A DNA stretch of 52,142 nucleotides from Schmidtea nova (Eukaryota), in assembly GCA_044892505.1 (NCBI GenBank), contig CM097882.1, positions 610,835,859 through 610,888,000 of the forward strand. Direction: 5' to 3'. A program made the position numbers and the translations under genes. Positions within the stretch are counted from its first letter, which is position 1. Each line of letters begins with the position of its first letter. A model generated the notes under the pieces. It was not told the origin of the DNA and searched no databases. It saw only the letters and a program-made list of their open reading frames with translations. Below are positions 38,365 to 48,827 of the stretch, in pieces.

Positions 38365-38952
38365 ACGTGTAGTTGGAATACAAGATATTTTCCAACCACT
38401 AAAGTTAGCCAATCCATATTTAGGAATATGGAGTTATGAAAAACAATCGGTAGTTCCTTACGAATCTGCCTAGAAAGATTACATTTCGAACAAGCAGCAC
38501 CCAAGAATTCACCAGTGTAATGGTCATGATCTCTAACCGGATTAAGTAAACGATTTTTACAAAGTTAACAAATGGTCCATTAGGCAAAAGATCTTTTATT
38601 ATCAAATGTCATAAGAAGTGGTTCCTTCTAGTTATTTTTATAAAAAGGATAAACAATTTCTTCACCTATATCGCTAATTTCAGAAAGGAACCTAATCACA
38701 CAATCTATACCTAAGAAACTCTTGTATGCTTTTTCACCAATAAAGTTATTAACAAGTAAAAGTCCAGCAGATTTAGGTACATGTCTCTGAAAATACTTAT
38801 CATCAGAAGTTACGATCGCCTCAAAATTAGTGTAAACTATAAAAGGCGGAGTAATTGTTTTACCCCAATTACTAAATTTCAAATAAGGGTTTTTAGGTAT
38901 TGTGCCTAATTGATTTTTAGAAGACAACTCTTGATGACGATCGTATGCATCT
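38365..38952 (-). pseudogene. polB: Polinton protein-primed DNA polymerase B, N-terminal/pre-exonuclease fragment with stops
   Basis: YLKFSNW-x5-PPFIVYTNFEA...FQRHVP-x-SAG...F-x-G-x-DCV-x2-FL, then IC*LC...PVRDHDHYTGEFLGAACSKCNL...LPIVFHNS. Confidence 0.85.
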
Positions 38953-38954
38953 TG

Positions 38955-39861
38955 AGTAGGTAGATGTGTGGAGCCGGGAACAAAGACATTATGACTCATT
39001 GCGTGGGCGGAAATAAAGAACAAAGACCCCCGGGGGTAGAAATTTTTTTGATGAGTCATCGATGAGTCATACTTTTTTTGATGAGTCATCGATGAGTCAT
39101 AATTTTTTTTTCAAATTTTTTTTTCGCGCCAAAAATTTTTTTCAAATTTTTTTTGCGCCAAAAATTTTTTTCAAATATTATTTTCGCGCCAAAAAATTTT
39201 TTTCAAATTTTATTTTCGCGCCAAAAAAATTTTTTCAAATTTTTTTTTAGACAAAAATTTTTTTTAGACAAATTTTTTTTTAGACAAAATTTTTTTTTCA
39301 AATTTTTTTTTTTAGACATTTTTTTTTAGACAAAATTTTTTAAGACAAAATTTTTCAAATTTTTTTTTAAGTCAAATTTATTTTTACACAATTTATTTTT
39401 AGACAAATTTTTTTTTAGACAAAATTTTTTTAACACAAATTTTATCAACACCAATTTTTTTTACAAAAATTTATTTTTTAAGACAAATTTTTTATTACAC
39501 AAAATTAGAGTCATCAAAAATATTTGCAACAGGCGTGCAAACTAAACAAAGACATTGCAATGTCTTTGTTGTATTTGTGCATGTTTAATTAATTAGTATT
39601 TGTCAAGTATGAAGCTTTTGCACATCAAAACCATCACAGAAGAGGTTCTGCTTCCAGGGTTCTGATCGCAATGTTCTGCTACTAATGTTGTTATTTATTT
39701 ATTTAATTATTTCACAAATTATTATCTTTCAAACTAAACAAAGACATTGCAACACACGTGCAAGTTAACAAGGACTTTGCAACATGCATGCAAACTAACC
39801 AAAGACATTGCAACACACATGCAACACTTTGCAACACATGTGCAACATAAACAAAGACATT
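38955..39861 (+). mobile_element. Polinton/Maverick-like terminal repeat copy 2, starting AGTAGGTAGATG and abutting the polB fragment
   Basis: Inverted homolog of 12614-13132 with expanded subrepeats. A ~170-bp insert (39561-39729) carries the motif aaaaccatcacagaagaggttctgct also seen at 2568-2593. Confidence 0.6.
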
Positions 39862-40084
39862 AAAAAGCCAAAATAAAATTTATTTATAAATATATTGTTG
39901 TGTGCGTGTACAAAATTTCGTTTCAAAATTATTTACATCTAAATTATTACTTGGAATATTACTCATAGGAATATTATTCATTGTAATATTATTCGTCGGA
40001 ATATTATTATTAATTTTCGGAATATTATTCTTTGGAATATTTGATATCTTCTCCAACCGTATGGATGCCGATAATACCATTATA

Positions 40085-40288
40085 AATAACTACTCGTAAT
40101 AATAATATTAATAATAATAATAATAATAATTATAATTATAAATACTCGTAATAATAATAATAAAATAATTATAAATACTCGTAATAATAATAATAATAAT
40201 AATGATAATAATAATAATAATAATAATTATAAATACTCGTAATAATAATAATAATAACTATAACTACTTGTAATAATAATATTAATAT
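40085..40288. repeat. (AAT)n microsatellite interleaved with aaatactcgt units, running into a gap
   Basis: Read directly from the sequence. Confidence 0.85.
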
Positions 40289-41010
40289 NNNNNNNNNNNN
40301 NNNNNNNNNNNNNNNNNNNNNNNNNNNNNNNNNNNNNNNNNNNNNNNNNNNNNNNNNNNNNNNNNNNNNNNNNNNNNNNNNNNNNNNNNNNNNNNNNNNN
40401 NNNNNNNNNNNNNNNNNNNNNNNNNNNNNNNNNNNNNNNNNNNNNNNNNNNNNNNNNNNNNNNNNNNNNNNNNNNNNNNNNNNNNNNNNNNNNNNNNNNN
40501 NNNNNNNNNNNNNNNNNNNNNNNNNNNNNNNNNNNNNNNNNNNNNNNNAAATAACTTATAAAAATAACTTATAAAAAGTAAAAATAATAATTTATAAAAA
40601 ATTAACAAAAAAATAATTCATTAGTTTTAATTGATTGCGCAATTTATTACAATCAAAATGTATTGGCCCTAAAGAGGGCCATTATTTCGTGCACAATCTC
40701 TTTTCTGTTTTCTTTTATCTTTTCGGTTTATTATCATAATTTATATCTTTTCATTTTCGGTTTATTTTCATTTTCTGTTAATTTTCAGTTTTCGGTTTTC
40801 TCAATCTTTTATTTTTGGTCCTGTTTTCATTTCTATTTTCGGTGAGGTAAATTTTCTAAAACTGCTAATTTAATATTTTTTTTATACAATCATAAATTGT
40901 GGCCCTGAAGAGGGCCGATTGTTCATTCACATATCTTTTTGGTTTTCTTTATATCTTTTTTTTTTTTTTTTCGGTTTATTCTTTTTTTTTATATCTTTTT
41001 TTCCATGTCA

Positions 41011-41082
41011 TCATCCGAAATAATCAATTGCGGTCGGATTATAAAAATAGTACGCATCTTCATCATCATAATCTGCCGGACC

Positions 41083-41141
<59 letters not shown>

Positions 41142-41955
41142 GAAGCTGCTGCTGTTCTTGATTGCCATCCCGGTCACCTACAAATATAGTGGTGCCACCC
41201 CCCATATAATGGCCATACGCCAAACTTTTATTTTTTTCCACCCAGTTCCTCTTATCATCCCTACAAGATAAGGCCCTCTTATTGCTTTTAATACTGAAAA
41301 GTTGGTGGTTTTTCGAAGTAATGCGGAACTGGGGGACATTATAGATTTTGTCATTTAAAAAGCAGTCAAGGTAAGACTGGTGTGTGAGACCTGCATCTTT
41401 CAAACAGATACCCTTGGCTTTCATGCAGGCCTCGTCTCCCATCAGGCTATAACACTTAGGTCTTAAGAAAACCCACTCATCATACAGTAGACCCTTGTTC
41501 TCATCCTTAAATTTACCAATCACAGAATCAAGGGTCCTACTATACAATGCATGATGAGTGTCGTAATTCGAAGTGTCCAAAAGCCTATCGTGAATCATGG
41601 CGGTCAAAAGAGTGTTTAGGTCAAGATGTTTTATTTCTAAGAAGAAGGAATCAGTATCCCCAGCAACGATGTTAATTTCGCAGTTGAAGTCGTTACGATA
41701 TTTTTGTAACTCTTTATACTGCAGCTGGTACATACGAAGTTTGGATAAATCCAGTACGGTTTGTCCGATGTAGCTGGGTCTATCCAAACATACTGATTCC
41801 TTCTGAAGCAATACGGAGATGAGGTCACTGTCAATTTTATTTGTTTTTTTGAAATTAGGTTTTGACGTGTAAGTCAGCAGTTTTTGTGCCGAATTACACA
41901 ATCTTAAATTGATTCGTTTTTTTAAGTTCTCTACGGTTTTGCCGTAGAGACTATT
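41011..41955 (-). pseudogene. polB: Polinton pPolB C-terminal half (uninterrupted) with a poly-Q tail
   Basis: NSLYGKTVEN, LDRPSYIGQTVLDLSKLRMY, GDTDS, DTSNY, VIGKFKDE, FLRPKCYS, KAKGI, DDKR, LAYGHY (ends 41206), followed by a 65-aa extension. Confidence 0.95.
41083..41142. repeat. (TTG)20 microsatellite encoding Q20 on the minus strand
   Basis: Read directly from the sequence. Confidence 0.95.
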
Positions 41956-42388
41956 AAAAAGATATGAGAACGAACAATCGGCCCTCTTCAGGGCCACAAT
42001 TTATGATTGTGTAAAAAAAATAATAAAAAAAACTTTTAGCTCACAGAAAACAGAAATGAAACAAAATTTGAAAAGAAAACCGAAAAGAAATAATCAAACA
42101 AAAATTTAAAAGAAAACCGAACGCAAAAAATTTTAAAATATTGAGAAAACCGAAAACTGAAAACAAACCAATAAAGAAAAATTAACCGAAAATGAAAAGA
42201 AAAAAATGATGAAAATAAACCGAAACTGAAAAGATAAAAGAAAACAGATTGTGCACGAAATAATGGTCCTCTTTAGGACTTTATTTTTGATTGTATATAA
42301 AATTGCGATAACAATTAAAACTATGAACTTACTAATTTTTTATGTGTTATTCAATTATTTTTTTTTTTAAAGTTTATTACTATTTAAG

Positions 42389-44241
42389 CATGGCGGACAC
42401 GCGCGGATGATGCAATGGTCAATAAGGGTGCCGGATACGTGCGGATGATGCAATAGTATTTCTATAATTAGTAGTTGCCATTGGCAACACGTGCCATAAG
42501 TGTGTCTTTGCACAAGTTTGCTGGTCACGTACGAGTGATGTAATGGTCAAGTGTCCGGTGTTATGTAACTTTAAAAAATTTGAGGGGGGGGTAACTGATC
42601 TGACGGGGACACATCTTACTACTGACTTTTCGTCTTTCTTTTGATAATCTGTATTTAGTTTGCTATTGTGAAGAAATGATAAATCAAGATTTTATGCAAA
42701 ATCCAGAAACATCTCCGTAACTTTGATTCAATCTTTTATTATTAATAATCATGATAAATTTGATCAATGAATGTTAGGAGCGATTGGGGAGTTACATTTG
42801 AAATATTCGTTTCCATATAGATTTATATAGATTTCAATAAGACTGTCTAACGGCTTCCAGGGTCGCCCACAATCTCTCACAGCGATCAAGCACCCAAATA
42901 ATTATTTTAATTATTATTTAATTAATTTAAAAAATATTTTAAGAGCGGGTGCGACCACACCATTTAGTATTGATGAATATATTGATTTTAATTTTCTAGA
43001 AACATTAGAAATTTTCAATTTGTCTGTGATTAAATCTCGCGATCTCAGTCTGAAAACCAAGAAAAATAAAGAAAGCAATAGGAGCTGGATGCGCCGAACC
43101 ATGGTGGAATAGCCTTTTCAGGAACTATTATTTCTTGATGAATTATATTTCGTATTACATTTTTTTATGTAACTTTGTATTTAAATGATTATCATAATAA
43201 GAAGTCTTGTAATACTTGTTACAATATTTGCAAAGTTTTTGGCTTTGGCTTGTCATTTCTTGTATTTTTATTTTTATTATATAATTTCACAAATATAACC
43301 AATTATTCCACTAGAGTAGCGATAAAAAGGTAGACCAAAGTTGGCTAGAATGTATTTTAATTCATAAGTCTTGAAATATATACTTTGAAGTTATGAGCGA
43401 AGCGAATAACTTGAAGCATATACTTTTAATTCTAATGACCTTCAAATATGTACTTTTAGCCGGCTTTGGAAAATACAAATTAAATGTACCATTATTTCCA
43501 TATTGATTTCCGTTCGATTGTCCAGCAGCAATTTGTTCTCTAGTAATTTCCTCTGGTTTAAAAATTAAAGCTAATTAAAGGTAATATAAAAAATAAATTA
43601 AGATCAATGTCCACGTTTAATCGTTCATTTCTGCTTGCAGCTTGAAATTGGTTAGTGAATTGGATATATTTAACTAAAAAATATATATAATAATAAAATA
43701 TATAATCTTTTACCATTTTTGTTATCATTTTCAGGTTTTGAATTGGATTCATTCATATTGTTTAGATTAATATTTCCTAAAAATAAATATATTGTAAATA
43801 AATAAAATAAAAATTACCAATTCTGATTTTTCGGATAGAATCCTTTATCGATTGAGATATATTTTGCATTTTGTCAATAGTTGAAAAGTGTTGTTGTTGA
43901 AAAAGTGAAAAAATATGAAAACATATAGTATACATCACGTTTATTACAAACTTTATTCACGAGGCAATCAGAATCGAGATAGGGAAGAAAAAGTTGGTAT
44001 CTATGTTAAAAAATCACTCACAAAATATGTGTCATGACTTTGTAAAAGTTTGCCTTATGCATATTCGATGCAATGTTACAAAGACATTATGTGACAGTAG
44101 TAGGATGTGTCCTCATCAGATCAGTTACCTTTATGGCACGTGTTGCCAATGGCAACTTATTATTATAGAAATAGTATTGCATCATCCGCACGTGTCCGGG
44201 ACATCTATTGACCATTGCATCATTCGCACGTGACCGGCATG
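42389..44241. repeat. Inverted homologous segments 42389-42499 / 44131-44241, plus 42591-42615 / 44104-44129, with tgatgcaatggtcaa subrepeats
   Basis: The reverse complement of 44131-44241 (catgccggtcacgtgcgaatgatgcaatggtcaata...ggcaacacgtgccataa) matches 42389-42499. Confidence 0.8.
42814..42854 (-). ncRNA. Planarian-type spliced-leader (SL) exon copy lacking the downstream GT donor
   Basis: Minus strand GCCGTTAGACAGTCTTATTGAAATCTATATAAATCTATATG versus the recalled triclad SL GCCGTTAGACGGTCTTATCGAAATCTATATAAATCTTATATG: two CpG-type transitions and one deletion. It ends in the flatworm-typical ATG but is followed by GA, not GT. Confidence 0.8.
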
Positions 44242-44536
44242 TTTATTGACCAACACACATATGGATAGTAACCGGCATACTTATTGACCGACACACCATC
44301 AGGTTATCACTACCCGCCATCCGCCCACTGCGCTCCGCTGTTCTCAACTGCGATCCATTAAACTATTGAAAATCTAGATTAGTATTATAAATATATAGTT
44401 TTCAAGTTATATAAATGCAAGATTTCTCATAAGGATTCAGATTTATAATGCTTTCATGAAGTCTGTAGTGCCCATTAGACTTTTTTCTCGTACACGTTGC
44501 ATTTTATAAATAATTCAACACAAAAATGTCTAATGA

Positions 44537-44890
44537 TTGGAAATCGTTGTGAAAGGTGGAAAACATAAAGCAAAAACACAAATATCAAAAGGCGAATTGA
44601 AAAGGATCAATCAAAACAATCTCAATAGCAACAAATATCGTTTGGCTATGGATGAAGAAACTGACAAATCACTTTCACCTGAACAGACAAAGACAACATC
44701 AAAACCCAAATCTAAGAAACCAACCAACTCGTTCAAAACCGAAGACTGTATCAATCAACAACTCAATAAAATCACAAGTGAATCCACCAAGAAAATCTAC
44801 AAAGAGTTGCTATCAAAATTTCCAACTCAAACTCTTGTGTCACTCCTTGATTTGGCTGTTCATTTGAGCAATGATCAAATCAACCGATGA
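44537..44890 (+). pseudogene. Basic low-complexity ORF, possibly the N-terminus of a retroelement ORF
   Basis: A/C-rich coding-like strand beginning (MSNDW)EIVVKGGKHKAK. No diagnostic motif. Confidence 0.3.
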
Positions 44891-45454
44891 AACAATGAAA
44901 ACAATTAATTTCGATAAACCAGATTTCCCTTATGCTTTGTTATCAAATGGCACTTCAAATGCTTTTAAGGCTATTTTCAATGGACTTTCTAATGTCCAAA
45001 CGAGCAATTTCCCAAAATCAGCAATGATACAATGATTCTATTGGTCTACGCTTATTAGTTCAAGCGTGCGTTCGTTTGAAGCCGACTGTTTTCATTACCA
45101 ATAGGAAACATTTCTTTGACTTATTGAATTTGCACCGAGAACAAACAGTGAAATTCAAATTATTGACATGGGCTCTAAGACAAGCATGCTCAAAATACAA
45201 CTCAGCTTGCCAAATTTGGCTGATTTATTTCCTTCCGTTTATCTCCCAAAAATGTCACACTGAATTTGTCATCAGTTTCGGTGAAGAAATTTAAGATTAT
45301 CCGATTGATGCTACTGGTAATGATTCAGGTTTATTGGTAAATGACTTTGTTCCAATCATTGACCTTATATTTACTCAACACTCCGATCCTCAAAATGATA
45401 AAAAGTTCAAGAAAGAACAAGCAAATTTTCAGTTAACTCCCAATCAAATTTCGC

Positions 45455-46545
45455 CTTCCCGGCTTTTCTAATCGTTTCTCGCACTCATTTTACATTGCCG
45501 ACACAACATTCCCGATTCTAGGCCTCGATTTCTTAACAACCGAAGAAGTGAACATCGACTGTAAAAACAGAAAATTGTATCAACTCCCTCATCCAGTTTC
45601 CGCGATAGTGTCGCCAAAAACAACAATCACTTTAACAACAGACAACGTAGAATCAGTCATCGCCACAAATTTCCCGAACCTTCTGACCAAGTCTACCACA
45701 CACGTACCCAGCAAAGAATCCGTCCATTTCATCACCACTGTTCCGTGCACACCACAAAGCTCTCGTTCCCGGCCTCTGGCTATTAATAGACGACAGGCCG
45801 TCGAACTAAAATTTTCCGAACTCGAAGACAAAAGCATCATTCGACGCACCTCCTCCCCATGGGCTTCCCCTATCCATGTAGTCACGAAGAAAGATGGCTC
45901 CTTCCGCCCTTGTGGTGATTTTCGAGCGTTGAACAGCGTAATGATTCATGACGCCTACCCTATGCCTCTCATTAAGGACCTATTTTCACGTTTTTTGGGG
46001 AATACAGTCTTTTCAACGATCGACCTTGCCAAAGCATTTCACCAGTTCCCTGTAAATCCAAATGACGTTCTAAAAACAGCTGTAACTACCCCTTTCGGCA
46101 ATTTCGAATACTTGTTCATGCCATTCGGCCTTAGGAATGCCGCACAAACACTCCAACGCTTCATGGACATCACCTTCAGACATCTCAACCACACCTTCGT
46201 CTATCTAGACGATATCATTGTCGCTTCTACTAACGAGTTCTCACACGCAAGAGACTTAATACAGGTTTTTGAAGTCCTCGACAAAAATAACCTTCAAATT
46301 AGCGTTGATAAATGTCAATTCTTCAAGTCGCGCGTCCGTTTTCTATGAAATATACTGTCTGCAGACGGATGTGAACCATTGCCAGAAAGGCTAGACATTA
46401 TCCGATCATTTCCCAAACCGTCCACGGTCACAGAGCTTCGCAACTTTCTCGGAACTGTAAACTTCTGCCACAGATTTATCCCAAACTTGTCCCGCATTAC
46501 CGCACCACTATCAGCACTCAATCACGGACCCAAAAAGGCTTTAAT
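45455..46545 (+). pseudogene. pol: Ty3/Gypsy pol fragment: protease C-terminus and reverse transcriptase, one stop at 46346-46348, truncated before RNase H
   Basis: FYIADTTFPILGLDFL; SSPWASPIHVVTKKDGSFRPCGDFRALN; DAYPMP; KTAVTTPFG-x-FEYLFMPFGLRNAAQT; VYLDDI; LRNFLGTVNFCHRFIPN. Confidence 0.95.
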
Positions 46546-46605
46546 CAAAATGGTGTCAGAAATCCTCCTGATGACAGTCAAACAGGACTGTTTACAAAAC
46601 AACAA

Positions 46606-47045
46606 ATGAATCAATTACCACAACAAATGACTCAAATAATTCCAATAAACATTCGGTTTAGAGAAAATTCCGCCGAAGATAGCTCTTTACAATTCATGCA
46701 GGCTCAGAGGAATATGCAAAGCCAAATGCCACCTGCGAGAAGTGGTTATCAAAATTTTCACAATTCTCACATCCCATTTGCAAATCCAACCGGGAACTTT
46801 CGACAAGAAAGACCTCAAATGAATGAATTCAATGATCCAAGTTGTCACAAATTGTGGCCAATGGCAAAGCTGATGCCCAACAATGTGAATCCAAATAACC
46901 GGCGTTCTTTCCACCAGGAATTCAATAAACCGAACGAGCACAATCGGCATAATTTCTACAATAATCGGTCATTTAATAGCAAGAACAAAAGAATCAAATA
47001 TGTCAATGATCAATCTTCAGTAATCAATCTTCAACATCCACACGG
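46606..47045 (+). pseudogene. N/Q-rich segment resembling a Gag C-terminal region with a frameshifted zinc knuckle
   Basis: tgt cac aaa t(t)gt ggc caa tgg reads CHKCGQW if one T is removed. Low-complexity N/Q/R composition. Confidence 0.35.
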
Positions 47046-47211
47046 CGAGTCATATTTTAAATTTATACTATTAATTATTTATTTATTATACACATTCCTC
47101 TTAAATTGCATAATATTATATATAATACCTATTATAATTATAAAATTTTATGCTGCACAATTTTTCTACTCTCCCATTAAAGTCTATGCTAATAACCCCA
47201 CTCAATCCACC

Positions 47212-48030
47212 ATGTACAACAACGATTCCTTCGCCACTTCCCGAACATATGTACTAATGCGTTTCAACCACAAAACACGCCAAATCCCCATTTTCACGGA
47301 TTTGCGCATTGATATCGCCACCTCTCATCTGCTTAATAGGAATGATTTTTACATGTCGTACAACGGTTTCCCAGTTTCATCACTCACCGACATTCCACCC
47401 AATGCTATAATAGAAATTCATTGCCGCGTTTTAGGAGGCGTCCGAACCACAACAGAACCGTCTTATTCATCCACGTCACGCCCAATTTTGTTCTTATTGG
47501 ATCCCAACGGCACACCCTCGTCATGGTTCCGCATTTTCGAATCACGCACGTCTTCCTTTCCGATATCACGCGCCGATTACCTACTCGATAGCTTACCATC
47601 TGAGCTGATAGCCGAGCTTGCTCCGAAAATAGCCGACGCGCTTTACGCAGACAACCCGTACGATGATCTCAAATCCCTGATAGTGTCAAAATACACCTCA
47701 TCACAAACCCAAGCTCTCACAAAGCTTTTGGCACCACAAAATTACTCAGGACAACAGCCAAGCCTATTCCTAGCACAGATTGCCCGCTCCAACGACACCG
47801 CCATTCCAGATCTGTCCAAAAACACTCAACTCTTAAAACACCAATTCCTCTCCGCACTTCCATATAATCTACAAACCTCCCTCGCATTGGTAGACTCTGA
47901 AGACCCGTACCATCTTGCTAAAAAAGCTGATCGCATTTATGCACTTCAACCCCATAAACCGCGCGCTGATAATTACACACCACCACCGCCACCTTCCATT
48001 GTCAACGCAACACATTCACCCGAAAACCAC
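47212..48030 (+). CDS. gag: Ubiquitin-like domain (76 aa, ends RVLGG, 47212-47439) fused to a Gypsy Gag capsid; 3'-truncated by a non-LTR RT fragment
   Basis: Counting from ATG 47212 puts Gly-Gly at residues 75-76. Then PSSWFRIFE...PSELIAEL...NPYDDLKSLIV...ALTKLL...QQPSLFLAQI...LLKHQFLSALP-x2-LQTSLA...LAKKADRI, the Gag type that usually accompanies RPCGDYR-class RTs. Confidence 0.8.
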
Positions 48031-48059
48031 TACACCTGCAACGTCACAAAGAATTCCAA

Positions 48060-48826
48060 AGAATTCCAACTATACAAACTGGGTCAGCTGCAATAATATC
48101 CTACATATCGGACAAAAAGGAGGTTCGATACATGAAGGCTGCGTCGAGCATAATTCAATACTATCTTCTGCCCTTGAACATTCAAAATATAGTAAATACT
48201 CCCCATTATCGATTGCATGGTTGGATATTAAGGATGCATTTAGAAGTGTACCTCATGACTACCTGTGGAATGTTCTACAAACCATCGGAGTCAGCGAAAA
48301 TTTCACAACAATTATTAAACTACTTTACACTGACACTTGCTCCTTCTACAGCTGTGGCCCAATTCAAACACTTGATCTTTCAATCAAACAAGGTGTTAAG
48401 CAAGGATGTCCTCTTTCTATGATTCTTTTCTCGATAGCCATAAACCCTGTTCTTGAAGCTATTAGTAAATCACAGATTGAACCATTCATGATTAGTGACT
48501 CACCGATTCAAGTTCTTGCTTACGCTGATGATATTGCACTTGTTGCCAGAAATGTTGATGACCTTCAACAAATTGTTAATATTGCTGTTGAAACAGCTGC
48601 TGAAATAGGTTTCGAATACCGTCCTGAGAAGTGTGGGTATCTGCAATTGCCGAGAATACACATAAATTGCGAAATTCTGATAAATGGAACGAAAATCGAG
48701 AAACTGCTTTCAAAAGAATTTTACCAGTATCTTGGCGTTCCAGTAGGCGAAGATAATGACCAAAGTCCTTACAAAATTTTACAAAACGTGATCATCGACG
48801 CTAACAAGATTGCAAATTCAGACTTG
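48060..48826 (+). mobile_element. NeSL/R2/Utopia-type non-LTR reverse transcriptase core, uninterrupted fragment
   Basis: QKG-x4-EGCVEHN, WLDIKDAF-x-SVPH, GVKQGCPLS, LAYADDIAL, PEKC, YQYLGV. Confidence 0.92.
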
Positions 48827-48827
48827 T

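Larger units (their letters stand above)
40617..42327. mobile_element. Composite unit with ~325-370-bp imperfect inverted repeats (40617-40940 and 41956-42327) enclosing a pPolB fragment
   Basis: 40878-40940 is the reverse complement of 41956-42018. The outer parts also match (tagttttaattg, attatttcgtgcacaatct). Each arm has two GGCCCT-n4-AGGGCC-type hairpins. Confidence 0.75.

Noticed and set aside
40901-40925. CTGAAGA inside the arm hairpin as a hammerhead core
   Set aside because: It is not followed by stem II and GAAA, and the motif is sequestered in its own hairpin.
40899-41271. Poly-V, poly-L and poly-N ORFs
   Set aside because: Alternative frames of the (TTG)20 microsatellite.
42814-42854. 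Functional SL RNA gene
   Set aside because: No GT donor after the terminal ATG and no evident Sm-binding site downstream.
46551-46561. TGGTGTCAGAA as a tRNA-Leu PBS
   Set aside because: Only an 11-nt match, preceded by RT coding sequence rather than an LTR end.
46606-48096. A single 496-aa protein
   Set aside because: The middle (47050-47211) is AT-rich UTR-like sequence translating as I/L/Y/F runs. It is treated as separate parts.
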